Under the pieces are notes generated by a model that saw only the letters and a list, made by a program, of their open reading frames with translations, did not search any database and was not told the origin of the DNA. 64,000 nucleotides of DNA from an uncultured Gammaproteobacteria bacterium. GTDB taxonomy: Bacteria; Patescibacteriota; Microgenomatia; Levybacterales; UBA12049. This document shows positions 30,966-40,447 of the stretch, piece by piece. A program made the position numbers and the translations under genes. The stretch lies in contig CAZILC010000003.1 in the NCBI GenBank assembly GCA_964540055.1, positions 21,599-85,598 on the forward strand, written 5' to 3'. Numbering within the stretch: position 1 is the first letter of the stretch; the number at the start of each line of letters is the position of its first letter.

Positions 30966-31045
30966 ACTTTTTAGTGTAATAGGTTTGGAGGCATTTAACA
31001 ATCTGTGGAGTGGTTTACAGTTCCAACTAAGTACCTGTTAACCAC

Positions 31046-31072
31046 AAAAAAGCTCCCGTTCGGGAGCTCTTT
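31046..31072 (-). terminator. Rho-independent terminator of the cold-shock gene
   Basis: Minus strand: AGCTCCCG-AA-CGGGAGCT followed by a T-tract. Confidence 0.85.
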
Positions 31073-31089
31073 GTAGACACGGAAATGTC

Positions 31090-31287
31090 TTATTCCCGTG
31101 TAATGTTTTTGGCACTTGGGCCACGATCTCCGTTGACTACTTCAAAAGTGACGGTGTCACCGGTTTGTAGTTCATCAAAGGTTACACCTTTTAAATCATT
31201 AGCATGAAAAAAGAGGTCTTTTGATTCGCCTTCTCGGCTGATGAATCCAAACCCTTTATCCATTTTAGTTTTAATAGTTCCTTTCAT
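31090..31287 (-). CDS. cspA: Cold-shock protein (CSD)
   Basis: KGFGFI (RNP1), LFFH (RNP2), GPSAKNI; SD AGAAAGGAG. Confidence 0.93.
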   Translation of the reverse strand: MKGTIKTKMDKGFGFISREGESKDLFFHANDLKGVTFDELQTGDTVTFEVVNGDRGPSAKNITRE

Positions 31288-31474
31288 AGAAATGTCTCTC
31301 CTTTCTTAGAACGATTATACCAAAAAAATTACAAAAGATGAATGAACCTTGTTACTTTGGTATATGCTTTTAAATATTATTTACATCTCACCTTTTTGTG
31401 ACACTTTTCTATTACACTATTTTTTTATTGCATATATAATATAATAACTATAAAATGCGCGGAATCTATCCTGC

Positions 31475-31503
31475 TTGACAATTACTACAGGATGTAATAT
31501 ACT
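31475..31503 (+). promoter_or_regulatory. Consensus sigma70 promoter with an approximately 55-nt leader
   Basis: TTGACA-17 nt-TATACT upstream of the 606-aa gene. Confidence 0.7.
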
Positions 31504-31564
31504 TGAGTTTCATAATTTATTTACTAGTTTCTCTGGCTGCGATTAGTTAATAAATACCAAAAAC

Positions 31565-33385
31565 ATGGCATTAAAAGAACACAGTCAAGTTCCTTCTGGT
31601 ATGTCACTTTCTCCAGAAAGTGGTACCGGTGGTCGTCGCAATCGCGGACGTCATAGACGCTCGGGTAGTTTCGTTCCTAATTTAAGGTTATTTCAAAGAT
31701 CTGAGCATAAAATTACCGGTCAAACAGATACTCCCAAACCTCCAAAGTATAATATACTTAACGTAACAAGCTTGTTTGATGCTAATGTTGCGGGCGGAGC
31801 TGTTCCGACTATTGCATCTGCAGAAATATCACAGAGTCCTGATTCTCAAAAACCGCAACATGATTCTTTAGAAACATTGTTAGCATCTTCACCGCAAGAT
31901 AGATATCGTGCTTTTGCTGAACATCCGCAAAGACTTCATTTTTTCCTTTCTGCTGTTGTCCCAAGATTACTTGATATGACTGAGGAAAATCAAGCTGGAC
32001 ATACTTCTGGAGATAAATGGAAATATTTTGCGGGTTTGACTGAAGCATATTCTATAGTTGAAGCAATTCCAGATCTTGATGGAAGGTTAGATGCTGTTGC
32101 TCAATCTAACAGAGCAAATGGTGAGCAGCTTTGGCTTATTGAAGATGCAATGCCTTCAATTGAGGAAGATAAAAGAAGAATCTTTGCTGAAACTGAAGAT
32201 TTTGGTGCACAGGAAATGCAGCCTCTTATAAGTCAATCAAAAAGAGCTGTTGAAGACCAATTAGGACAACTTAATATTAGACTTGAAGTAGAAAAACAGG
32301 CACCGCCATCCCCTCTCGTAAAAGATCTCGCTCAAATGAATGCTATGATTCAAATATTTAGAGCAGATGGTTTTGAACATGTTACAGATCATCGAGAATT
32401 AGCAGAACTACAGCAGGATACAGATTCTACTACAAATTCTAAAAAAAGAATTCGAAGAAAAGAAAAGAAAGAAATTATTAATCGGCATATTGATGGATTA
32501 TTGAGTGCATATGTTGTTTCAACCGGTAAAGTAGCCGAAGATGATATAGAAGTTTTGCCATACTATCGAGAACGATTTACTCAATTGCAAACAAAAATTG
32601 AAGCTAGTAATGTACATCTTGAAGAAGAATTACCTGATTATACGCGTGCTCAACAGATCCGGGAGATTATTACAGCAGTAAATAATTTTGACAGATTTAC
32701 AAAAACAGCAACCATTGAAAAAGAATCCGGTATAACAGAAGCCGTAAAAAGGGATTCAAATAGTGCTAGAAAGAGAGAAAATGCAATAAGTTGGGGTTAT
32801 GCAGGAGCAGTTGAACTTCCTCAGGTTGCTAGTGGTTGGGTAGGAGGAAGTGTTGTGCATATCACAGGAGTACGTGATTTATTAGCTCTTGGTATCATTG
32901 CAGGAAGTACAAGACTTGCTTCTTTGGGTATTCTTGCTTTAAAAGGAATACAAAATGAAGGTCTGGTTACTAAAACTGGTGTTGCAACGGATCCGGGTTC
33001 AAAGTGGTCAAAGGAACATCTGGGTAAGGCTTGGCCGGGATTTGTGGCATTTAATGGCGTTATTGAATTGCTTTTCCTTGGAGATGCAGCTTTAGGACTT
33101 CCCGGGCTGGGTATGGCTGGGGCTCTTGCTATCGAAGCTTCTACTAATTTGTCACCTTGGGGCTTACCCAGACAAATACTAGAAGTGACGGGTATCAAAA
33201 AAGTGAAAGATCGAAAAAAGAAGGAAAAAGTTGGAGACCATATAGTGTCATTTAATTTGCCTGCAATTCAAAGAAACGATTCAGATCCTACTATGACTGA
33301 GATACCAGATCAAAGCGATCCCCCTTTACCCAATTCAATAGTTATGCAACCGGGTGAAGAAGTAAGATTATTGGAACCGGTTTAA
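31565..33385 (+). CDS. Hypothetical protein: disordered Arg-rich N-terminus, helical middle, Gly/Ala-rich hydrophobic C-terminal helices
   Basis: 606-aa ORF; no signal peptide; LLALGIIAG..LGILAL and LLFLGDAALGLPGLGMAGALAI segments. Confidence 0.8.
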   Translation: MALKEHSQVPSGMSLSPESGTGGRRNRGRHRRSGSFVPNLRLFQRSEHKITGQTDTPKPPKYNILNVTSLFDANVAGGAVPTIASAEISQSPDSQKPQHDSLETLLASSPQDRYRAFAEHPQRLHFFLSAVVPRLLDMTEENQAGHTSGDKWKYFAGLTEAYSIVEAIPDLDGRLDAVAQSNRANGEQLWLIEDAMPSIEEDKRRIFAETEDFGAQEMQPLISQSKRAVEDQLGQLNIRLEVEKQAPPSPLVKDLAQMNAMIQIFRADGFEHVTDHRELAELQQDTDSTTNSKKRIRRKEKKEIINRHIDGLLSAYVVSTGKVAEDDIEVLPYYRERFTQLQTKIEASNVHLEEELPDYTRAQQIREIITAVNNFDRFTKTATIEKESGITEAVKRDSNSARKRENAISWGYAGAVELPQVASGWVGGSVVHITGVRDLLALGIIAGSTRLASLGILALKGIQNEGLVTKTGVATDPGSKWSKEHLGKAWPGFVAFNGVIELLFLGDAALGLPGLGMAGALAIEASTNLSPWGLPRQILEVTGIKKVKDRKKKEKVGDHIVSFNLPAIQRNDSDPTMTEIPDQSDPPLPNSIVMQPGEEVRLLEPV

Positions 33386-33535
33386 GGTCGGGTTTTTGTC
33401 AAGTTTCTTGATAAGATTAAATATAAGATACCAAAGAACTTTAGGAAATTATTATTAGATACTATATAATTCCTCATATGGTGGCATAAAGTACTTTTAG
33501 TGAGCTTATTCAAATTCATTTATAGAACGACCAGA

Positions 33536-33564
33536 TTGACTTTCTTTTAGACTTATAGTATAAT
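33536..33564 (+). promoter_or_regulatory. Sigma70 promoter, leaderless
   Basis: TTGACT-17 nt-TATAAT, 8 nt before ATG 33573. Confidence 0.8.
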
Positions 33565-33572
33565 AATTATTT

Positions 33573-34568
33573 ATGGCACCTGAAATTCGTAAACCAAGTA
33601 GTCGATTCAGAGCTTTTAGAATTTCTGGCTCACGAGGGCCAGATGCTTCTAGTGGTCCTAACAATTTTCCGCTTGCTGCAGAAACTTCAAGCGACGGCAA
33701 TGCTGCTGGTCATCGAAGACGTCCCTTTGCAACTTTAGCAGAAGGTTTACAAGTGCCAATATTTCATAGAAGTAGTTTCCGTCCCCTTCGTGGCTCAAGA
33801 AGAGAAAGTGATCCATCGAAAGACAAAGTACAACAGCTTCGATTAAAGGATGGAAGAAGTGTAGAAGCAGAAGCTGTTATTGAAGGCAGAATCTGGAGAG
33901 TAGATCTACGACAACTTCTCGCTGATAAAAACCCGGATTGGCAGGCTGAAGTAACACGAGTTGCACAAGAAGCCCCAGACGTGTCTTTTCGTGGCGGGGA
34001 TGTCGGAACTTCTGCTGAAGCAGCTGATTTTGTAACGCAATATCAACCAACCACTGGTGATGTAATTGCCGAAAGATTACCCTGGTACCTCGAGCTGGTT
34101 CAGAACGAATTCACTGAAGTAGGAAAAATGTTAAGTGGAGACCCGTCATTACATCTAGGAGATGATTTGGAACATTCCTTAAATTTCAACTATACGCGTG
34201 GTCGAAGACCAGGTGAAAAAACGGGACGTAGGTATGAAAAACATAAGGATCGTAATCCATGGACTATGCTGACCGCGATACTTACTGTCAAGGAAGGTTT
34301 AGGTGGTAAAACCAATTTCTTTAAAACTGTTAAATCCCGTATAACAGGTAAAGAAAGATATAAGACAATAGCTTCATTGCGACCTGAAGCAGGATATGGT
34401 GTCTTCTTTAACGGTCATACAGTTCATAGTGTAGAAGAATACCTAGGAATGGAAGATGTTCACGGTCCACGACTTGTTAATCCAGCTGATATGTATACAG
34501 ACGCTATTCCACAAACAGTAGATAAAGGATTTAATAATACTATCTTGAAACCCCAAGATGGTAAGTAA
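33573..34568 (+). CDS. 2OG-Fe(II) oxygenase-family protein with long disordered N-terminal extension
   Basis: LNFNY..YEKHKD (HxD), GGKTNF, RPEAGYGVFFNGHTVHSV (distal His), PRLV (2OG-binding Arg). Confidence 0.75.
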   Translation: MAPEIRKPSSRFRAFRISGSRGPDASSGPNNFPLAAETSSDGNAAGHRRRPFATLAEGLQVPIFHRSSFRPLRGSRRESDPSKDKVQQLRLKDGRSVEAEAVIEGRIWRVDLRQLLADKNPDWQAEVTRVAQEAPDVSFRGGDVGTSAEAADFVTQYQPTTGDVIAERLPWYLELVQNEFTEVGKMLSGDPSLHLGDDLEHSLNFNYTRGRRPGEKTGRRYEKHKDRNPWTMLTAILTVKEGLGGKTNFFKTVKSRITGKERYKTIASLRPEAGYGVFFNGHTVHSVEEYLGMEDVHGPRLVNPADMYTDAIPQTVDKGFNNTILKPQDGK

Positions 34569-34629
34569 ACACTTGACAAACAGTTCTGAATTGGTAATCA
34601 TGAATATACTATAGTATTTTCATAATTCC

Positions 34630-35544
34630 ATGGAAGAACAAGCAACATCATCCCCTTCCGTAACTCCACCACCTGATACTAGTGCTCAGGAACCTGCTCA
34701 ATCTCATTCGCCTACTCCCCCATCTCAATCAGCTCCCAAACATTCTAAAAATCGTTTTATTTGGATCTTTGTCCTTATTGTATTTTTCTTAGGCTTTCTT
34801 GCAGTTGCAGCCTGGTATTTCCAGAATCAACTTCAGAAAACCGCGTTGGAAAATAAGCCGACAACTGAAGCTCCTGCAGCGATGTCTCCAAAAGAATTGA
34901 TAATCGGTACCGATCCAACATTACCTCCTATGGAATTTCTTCAGAATGGTAAATTTGTCGGATATGATATCGATTTGGCGAACTTGCTGGCCAAACAAAT
35001 GGGCGTAAAAGTCGAATTCAAAAATGTAGTTTTCGACAATATCTTCAGCGCTCTTCAGGATCATCAGATCGACCTTATCGTCTCAGCTGTTACCATAACG
35101 CCAGACAGACAGGCAAAATATGATTTTTCGGAGCAATATCTTAATGCAGGACAAGTAATTATTACAAGAAAAGACAATACAACAATTACCAGCGTTAAAG
35201 ATCTTCAGGGAAAGAAAATTGGTGTCCAAAAAGGAACTACCAATGAAACCCAAGCACTTAAGTATACTTCCTCAACATTAGTTATTCGATATCCAGATTT
35301 TGTCCAGGCAACAAAAGCGCTTGTGAATGGTCAGGTCGATGCCATATTTGATGATTTACCAAGCTCCAAAGGAATCACGCAAGACAATCCAACACTTAAG
35401 ATCGCGAGTGATCCATTTACCGATGAATATTATGGTATTGTTTTTAGAAAAGGCGATCCGGAAGTCAAAGAAGTAAATAAAGCACTTGATGCACTCCGTG
35501 TACGAGGCTATCTCACAGAATTAAAGAATAAATGGCTTGATTAA
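34630..35544 (+). CDS. Membrane-anchored family-3 (polar amino acid) substrate-binding protein, copy 1
   Basis: Pro-rich N-tail, single TM, GTDPTLPPMEF, GYDIDL, SAVTITPDRQAKYDFSEQY, GVQKGTT. Confidence 0.92.
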   Translation: MEEQATSSPSVTPPPDTSAQEPAQSHSPTPPSQSAPKHSKNRFIWIFVLIVFFLGFLAVAAWYFQNQLQKTALENKPTTEAPAAMSPKELIIGTDPTLPPMEFLQNGKFVGYDIDLANLLAKQMGVKVEFKNVVFDNIFSALQDHQIDLIVSAVTITPDRQAKYDFSEQYLNAGQVIITRKDNTTITSVKDLQGKKIGVQKGTTNETQALKYTSSTLVIRYPDFVQATKALVNGQVDAIFDDLPSSKGITQDNPTLKIASDPFTDEYYGIVFRKGDPEVKEVNKALDALRVRGYLTELKNKWLD

Positions 35545-35562
35545 AGTCGCTTGTAAAAATGA

Positions 35563-37464
35563 ATGAAATTTTCAATCCGAACTAAACTGCTCATTGGGTT
35601 CGCAACCCTTCTCGTCTTATCTATAATCTTTCAAGTATTTACTTTTGCAATTATTAATCAATATGTTTCTTCTCAAATTACCACATTGCAGGAAGTTGAA
35701 GCCAATAACGGGGCAACTGATATATTAAATTTTTTTACAAAACTTAACAATGAAAGTCTCGGGCTTGCAATAGGATATAGTCAGGGTCTTGAACAGTTTG
35801 AAACAGTTGCAAAAATTACCCTTAAAAAAAATAATTATATTACAAAAATTACTATCCTCTCCCCTCTCGGTCATGAATTAGTTGGTTTTGATGCAAACGG
35901 CAAGATTTTACAAGACAAACTTTCATATGAAGTATTTACCTCACCATTCAAAACGGCGGTTTCCGGGACCCCAACAATTTCGCAAGTGTATTATTTGCCA
36001 AATGATCCGGGCCCGCTTATTGATACGTTTTATCCGATTTTTGATGCTCGGCACATGGTTATCGGTGTCGTTAAAATGCGGGTAAATTTGGACCAATTGC
36101 GAAGTGAACTCGCCCATATTCGTTTGGGTCATAACGGGTATATTTATGTTGTTGATAGTAATGGGCTTCTTATTTCGCACCCATCTCAAGCGTATGTACT
36201 GCAAAGACCGATTCTCTCAAACCGCAATGTCATTGCTGATGCGTTATCTAATTCATCTCCCACCTTTAGGGCAGAAGAATACACCAATGAACAGAATACA
36301 TCAGTTATTGCAAAAGCCATCAAAATTTCAGATTATAATTGGGTTGCGGTTTTTGAACAACCTACCTCTGAAGCATTTAGTTTCTTAACTCTCATTAGGA
36401 ATTTCTTTTTGATTACTTTTGGAATTTCTACATTTTTCCTGATATTGATTGCGCTTTATTTGAGTGAAAATTTGAGTCGCCCAATTAGAAAATTACAGCA
36501 CTCAGCAGAGCAGGTAGAAAGCGGCCTCATGCAAAAAATACTTATCATTAGAAGTGGTGATGAAATTGAATCATTATCGCATTCTTTCGCTTCACTCATT
36601 GACCAACTACTTGAAAGAGAGCATCTTTTGGAGAAAATTTCCACGCAATTGCGAGATGCAAACGAAAAATTAAAAGCTCTAGACAAGCTCAAAAATGAAT
36701 TCGTGTCTGTCGCTTCTCATGAACTTCGTACGCCAATGACTGCTATCAAATCCTATCTCTGGCTTGCATTGGAAGGGAAAGGCGGTAAGCTTAATGATAA
36801 ACAACAATATTATATTTCACGCGGATATAGTTCAGTTGATAGATTAATCAGGCTTGTAAATGATATGCTCAATATCTCACGTATCGAATCAGGTCGTATC
36901 TCAATAGTTTTTGCCTCAACCGATCTCATCAAATTAGTACAGGAAGTAATTGATGAAGTGCTTCCTCGCGCAAAGGAATTAGAAATTGCAGTTGAAGTCC
37001 ATAAACCATCCCAGCTGCCACACGTTCTCGCCGATCCGGATAAAATAAAAGAGGTACTTATCAATCTTATTGGAAACTCACTCAAATTTACTCCCAAAGA
37101 AGGCAAAATTACGATTGATTTTGTCAAAAAAGGTGCATTTGTCCAGACGCGGGTTAAAGATACAGGTGCGGGTATTACGGCTGAGGACAAAGATAAGCTT
37201 TTTCAGAAATTCGGACTCCTTCCTGGATCATATATTACCAATCAAACGAGTACCCATCTGGGGACAGGACTGGGATTGTATATCTGCCGTGCGATTATTG
37301 ATCTGCATCATGGAGAAATCAAGGCGGAATCAGAAGGTCGCAGCAAAGGTTCAACGTTTTCTTTCACTCTCAAGGAATTTAATGAATCGGATTTCCAGAC
37401 GCTTAAGAAACAAAATAATGAAGAGGATAAAGACTCGATGGAATTGATACACGCAAATATTTAA
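35563..37464 (+). CDS. Sensor histidine kinase (dCache-HAMP-HisKA-HATPase), copy 1
   Basis: 2 TM, GYIYVVDSNGLLISHP, DEIESLSHSF, SHELRTPMT, NLIGNSLKF, DTGAGI, GTGLGL. Confidence 0.95.
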   Translation: MKFSIRTKLLIGFATLLVLSIIFQVFTFAIINQYVSSQITTLQEVEANNGATDILNFFTKLNNESLGLAIGYSQGLEQFETVAKITLKKNNYITKITILSPLGHELVGFDANGKILQDKLSYEVFTSPFKTAVSGTPTISQVYYLPNDPGPLIDTFYPIFDARHMVIGVVKMRVNLDQLRSELAHIRLGHNGYIYVVDSNGLLISHPSQAYVLQRPILSNRNVIADALSNSSPTFRAEEYTNEQNTSVIAKAIKISDYNWVAVFEQPTSEAFSFLTLIRNFFLITFGISTFFLILIALYLSENLSRPIRKLQHSAEQVESGLMQKILIIRSGDEIESLSHSFASLIDQLLEREHLLEKISTQLRDANEKLKALDKLKNEFVSVASHELRTPMTAIKSYLWLALEGKGGKLNDKQQYYISRGYSSVDRLIRLVNDMLNISRIESGRISIVFASTDLIKLVQEVIDEVLPRAKELEIAVEVHKPSQLPHVLADPDKIKEVLINLIGNSLKFTPKEGKITIDFVKKGAFVQTRVKDTGAGITAEDKDKLFQKFGLLPGSYITNQTSTHLGTGLGLYICRAIIDLHHGEIKAESEGRSKGSTFSFTLKEFNESDFQTLKKQNNEEDKDSMELIHANI

Positions 37465-37544
37465 TGTTTTTTGTAATAATGACTCTTGTATTGACAAAAA
37501 AATGTGAATAATCGATTATTAAGATAGAGTTATTTTTTTATACT

Positions 37545-38534
37545 ATGGATCAGCAAAATCAATCATCACCACCGCAAAATCCACCTCAAGATTCCAGTAT
37601 GCCGTCAAATCAACCAGCTACGCCTGTTCCTCCTCCTCCATCTCCTACTCCAGGAATGCCAACTGATCCATCTTCATCCTCTCCAACGCCTACCCCTGCT
37701 TCTTCTGTGCCCCCAGCTATACCACCAAAACATTCAGGAAGCAAATTACCTTGGATAATTTTGCTCATTATCTTATTTATCGGTTTTCTCGGTCTTGCGA
37801 CGTGGTACTTTCATTCACAATTACAAAATCTAGTAGGACCAACGCCAACACCCTCGCAATCTGCGGCAAACACACAATCAAAAACACTTGTTATAGGAAC
37901 TGACCCTACTTTTCAGCCAATGGAGTACAAACAAGATGGGAAAGTGGTTGGATATGATATTGATCTGGCTAATTTGATTGCAAAGCAACTTGGAGATAAA
38001 GTTACTTTTAAAAATATCACGTTTGACAATCTCTTTACCGCGCTGCAGCAGCATCAAATTGATATGATTATATCTGCCGTAACAATTACACCAGAAAGGC
38101 AGAAAAAGTATGCTTTCTCCAAAGAATATCTCAATGCAGGACAAGTAATTATTACCCAGCAAGCAAATACTGTCATTAAATCCCCGACTGATCTCAAAGG
38201 TAAAAAAATTGGTGTGCAGCAAGGAACGACTGATGAGTCCGAAGCGCTTAAATATACTGACGCCAATCTTGTGATCAAATATCCGGATTTTGTTCAGGCA
38301 ACAAAGGCCTTGGTTAGCGGAACTGTTGATGCGATCATAACAGATTTACCCAGTGCACAAGGAATTGTTGGTACAAATCCTACACTTAAAATTGCAAGTG
38401 ATCCATTTACCAATGATTATTATGGCATTGTGTTTAGAAAGGGAGATCCTGAGGTTGAACAAGTCAACAAAGCTCTTGATTCACTCAGTGTTAGAGGCTA
38501 CCTGACAGAACTCAAGCATAAATGGTTAGATTAA
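37545..38534 (+). CDS. Membrane-anchored family-3 substrate-binding protein, copy 2
   Basis: Close paralog of copy 1: GTDPTFQPMEY, SAVTITPERQ, LKIASDPFT, RGYLTELKHKWLD. Confidence 0.92.
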   Translation: MDQQNQSSPPQNPPQDSSMPSNQPATPVPPPPSPTPGMPTDPSSSSPTPTPASSVPPAIPPKHSGSKLPWIILLIILFIGFLGLATWYFHSQLQNLVGPTPTPSQSAANTQSKTLVIGTDPTFQPMEYKQDGKVVGYDIDLANLIAKQLGDKVTFKNITFDNLFTALQQHQIDMIISAVTITPERQKKYAFSKEYLNAGQVIITQQANTVIKSPTDLKGKKIGVQQGTTDESEALKYTDANLVIKYPDFVQATKALVSGTVDAIITDLPSAQGIVGTNPTLKIASDPFTNDYYGIVFRKGDPEVEQVNKALDSLSVRGYLTELKHKWLD

Positions 38535-38552
38535 AGCAACATTGAAAAATGA

Positions 38553-40433
38553 ATGAAACTCTCAATCCGTCGTAAACTACTTATTGGTTTTACCCTCCTG
38601 TTAATACTTGCTTTTCTTATCCAGGGTTTTTCGTTTGTGATTGTCCAACAATATATTTCCGCAAAAATTACCGCGCTTCAAGAGGTTGAGGCACAGGACG
38701 GTGCAAATACAATTTTGAATTTTTTTACCCAAATGAATGCAAGAAGTTCCGGGCTCGCTCAAACCTACTATCAGGATCCAAAAAATTTTGTAACTATAGC
38801 CCAATATATACTTAAAAATAACCAATTTATTAACGAAATAACCATTTTGTCACTTGTGGGGCATGAATATGTGCAAGTAGATCATAAAGGTCCAGTCCCA
38901 CCAGGGAAACTTACGTATGAGGTCTATTCTGATCCTTTTAAATTAGCTGTTGCGGGAACTCCGGCAATCTCACAAGTTTATTATCTCGGGAAGAATTCTG
39001 ATCCCTATATTGATACCTTTTATCCGATTCTTGCAAAAAGACACACAGTGATCGGGGTAATTAAAATGCAAGTTAATTTAAATCAACTTCGGAGCGATCT
39101 GTCGCATATCCGCCTTGGCAACAATGGGTATATTTATGTTGTTGATAAATATGGTGTGCTTATTTCTCATCCCTCACAATCCTACGTGCTGGACAGACCA
39201 GTTCTCACAAACCGAAAAATCATAAAAAATGCGCTCAATAGGAGATCTTCTACTTTTCATGATGAACAATATGTTAATGAGAAAAATGTGCAAGTAGTTG
39301 CGAAAGCTATGCGGATTTCAGATTATAATTGGGTTGTTGTGTTTGAACAGCCGACTTCGGAGGCATTTAGTTTTCTTGATTTTATCCGGAATTTATTTTA
39401 CGTAACAGTTGGTGTTTCATTCCTTTTTCTCTTACTGATTTCACTATTTTTGAGTGAAAATCTTACCCGGTCAATTAGAATTTTACAACGTTCTGCCGAG
39501 CAAATCGAACGCGGACAAAAGATTACTTTTACTCCTATCAAAACTGGTGATGAAATAGAATCGTTATCACGCTCCTTTTCATCTCTCGTTGATCGATTAT
39601 TGCAACGCGAACATTTATTGGAGCAGATTTCTTCACAAATTAAATATACCAATGAAAAATTACAAATCATGGATAAGCTCAAAACCGAATTCGTTTCTGT
39701 TGCATCACACGAGCTTCGTACGCCAATGACAGCTATTAAATCGTATCTCTGGATGGCTCTTAAGGGTAAAGGAGGCGAACTCAATGAAAGGCAAAAGTAT
39801 TACATTGAACGAAGTTATAATTCAGTCGATAGATTGGTTCGTTTAGTTAATGATATGTTGGATATTTCCCGAATTGAATCAGGACATTTTAAGCTTGAAC
39901 TTGCGAATGTTGATATTGCAATCTTAGTTCATGAAGTTGTAGAAGAGCTGTTACCACGAGCAAGTGAATTGGGTATTACTATCACTGTTCAGGATCAAAA
40001 TACAGCGCTTAATGTCCTTGCTGATCCGGATAAAATCAAAGAAGTTTTGTTTAACTTATTTGGTAATGCGCTTAAATTTACACCACGAAGCGGAAATATT
40101 TCCGTTAAATTTGCTCAAAAAGGTGAATTTATCGAAACAAAAATCAAAGATACCGGCGCCGGTATTGCTCCTGACGATATGAGCAAACTATTTCAAAAAT
40201 TTGGCCTTATGCCAGGCTCTTATATTACCAATCAAAATTCATCCAATGGAACGGGACTCGGATTATATATCTGTCGCTCAATTATCGATTTGCATCAGGG
40301 AACAATTCGGGCAGATTCACCGGGAGTCGGTAAAGGCGCAACTGTCACCTTTACACTCAAAGTCTTTCATGAAGCAGAATTAGAAATTGTTAAAAAGCAA
40401 CAAATGGAAGATAAAAAATTACTTGGACTGTAA
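38553..40433 (+). CDS. Sensor histidine kinase (dCache-HAMP-HisKA-HATPase), copy 2
   Basis: Paralog of copy 1: SHELRTPMTAIKSYLW, NLFGNALKF, DTGAGI, GTGLGLYICR. Confidence 0.95.
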   Translation: MKLSIRRKLLIGFTLLLILAFLIQGFSFVIVQQYISAKITALQEVEAQDGANTILNFFTQMNARSSGLAQTYYQDPKNFVTIAQYILKNNQFINEITILSLVGHEYVQVDHKGPVPPGKLTYEVYSDPFKLAVAGTPAISQVYYLGKNSDPYIDTFYPILAKRHTVIGVIKMQVNLNQLRSDLSHIRLGNNGYIYVVDKYGVLISHPSQSYVLDRPVLTNRKIIKNALNRRSSTFHDEQYVNEKNVQVVAKAMRISDYNWVVVFEQPTSEAFSFLDFIRNLFYVTVGVSFLFLLLISLFLSENLTRSIRILQRSAEQIERGQKITFTPIKTGDEIESLSRSFSSLVDRLLQREHLLEQISSQIKYTNEKLQIMDKLKTEFVSVASHELRTPMTAIKSYLWMALKGKGGELNERQKYYIERSYNSVDRLVRLVNDMLDISRIESGHFKLELANVDIAILVHEVVEELLPRASELGITITVQDQNTALNVLADPDKIKEVLFNLFGNALKFTPRSGNISVKFAQKGEFIETKIKDTGAGIAPDDMSKLFQKFGLMPGSYITNQNSSNGTGLGLYICRSIIDLHQGTIRADSPGVGKGATVTFTLKVFHEAELEIVKKQQMEDKKLLGL

Positions 40434-40447
40434 TATAATTAAAGAAC

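Noticed and set aside
34630-38534. Amino-acid ABC transporter operon
   Set aside because: No permease or ATPase is adjacent; each SBP is coupled to a kinase instead
34630-40433. Assembly artefact producing the duplicated SBP-HK block
   Set aside because: The copies differ at many synonymous and non-synonymous sites and in their N-terminal tails, so this is a genuine older duplication
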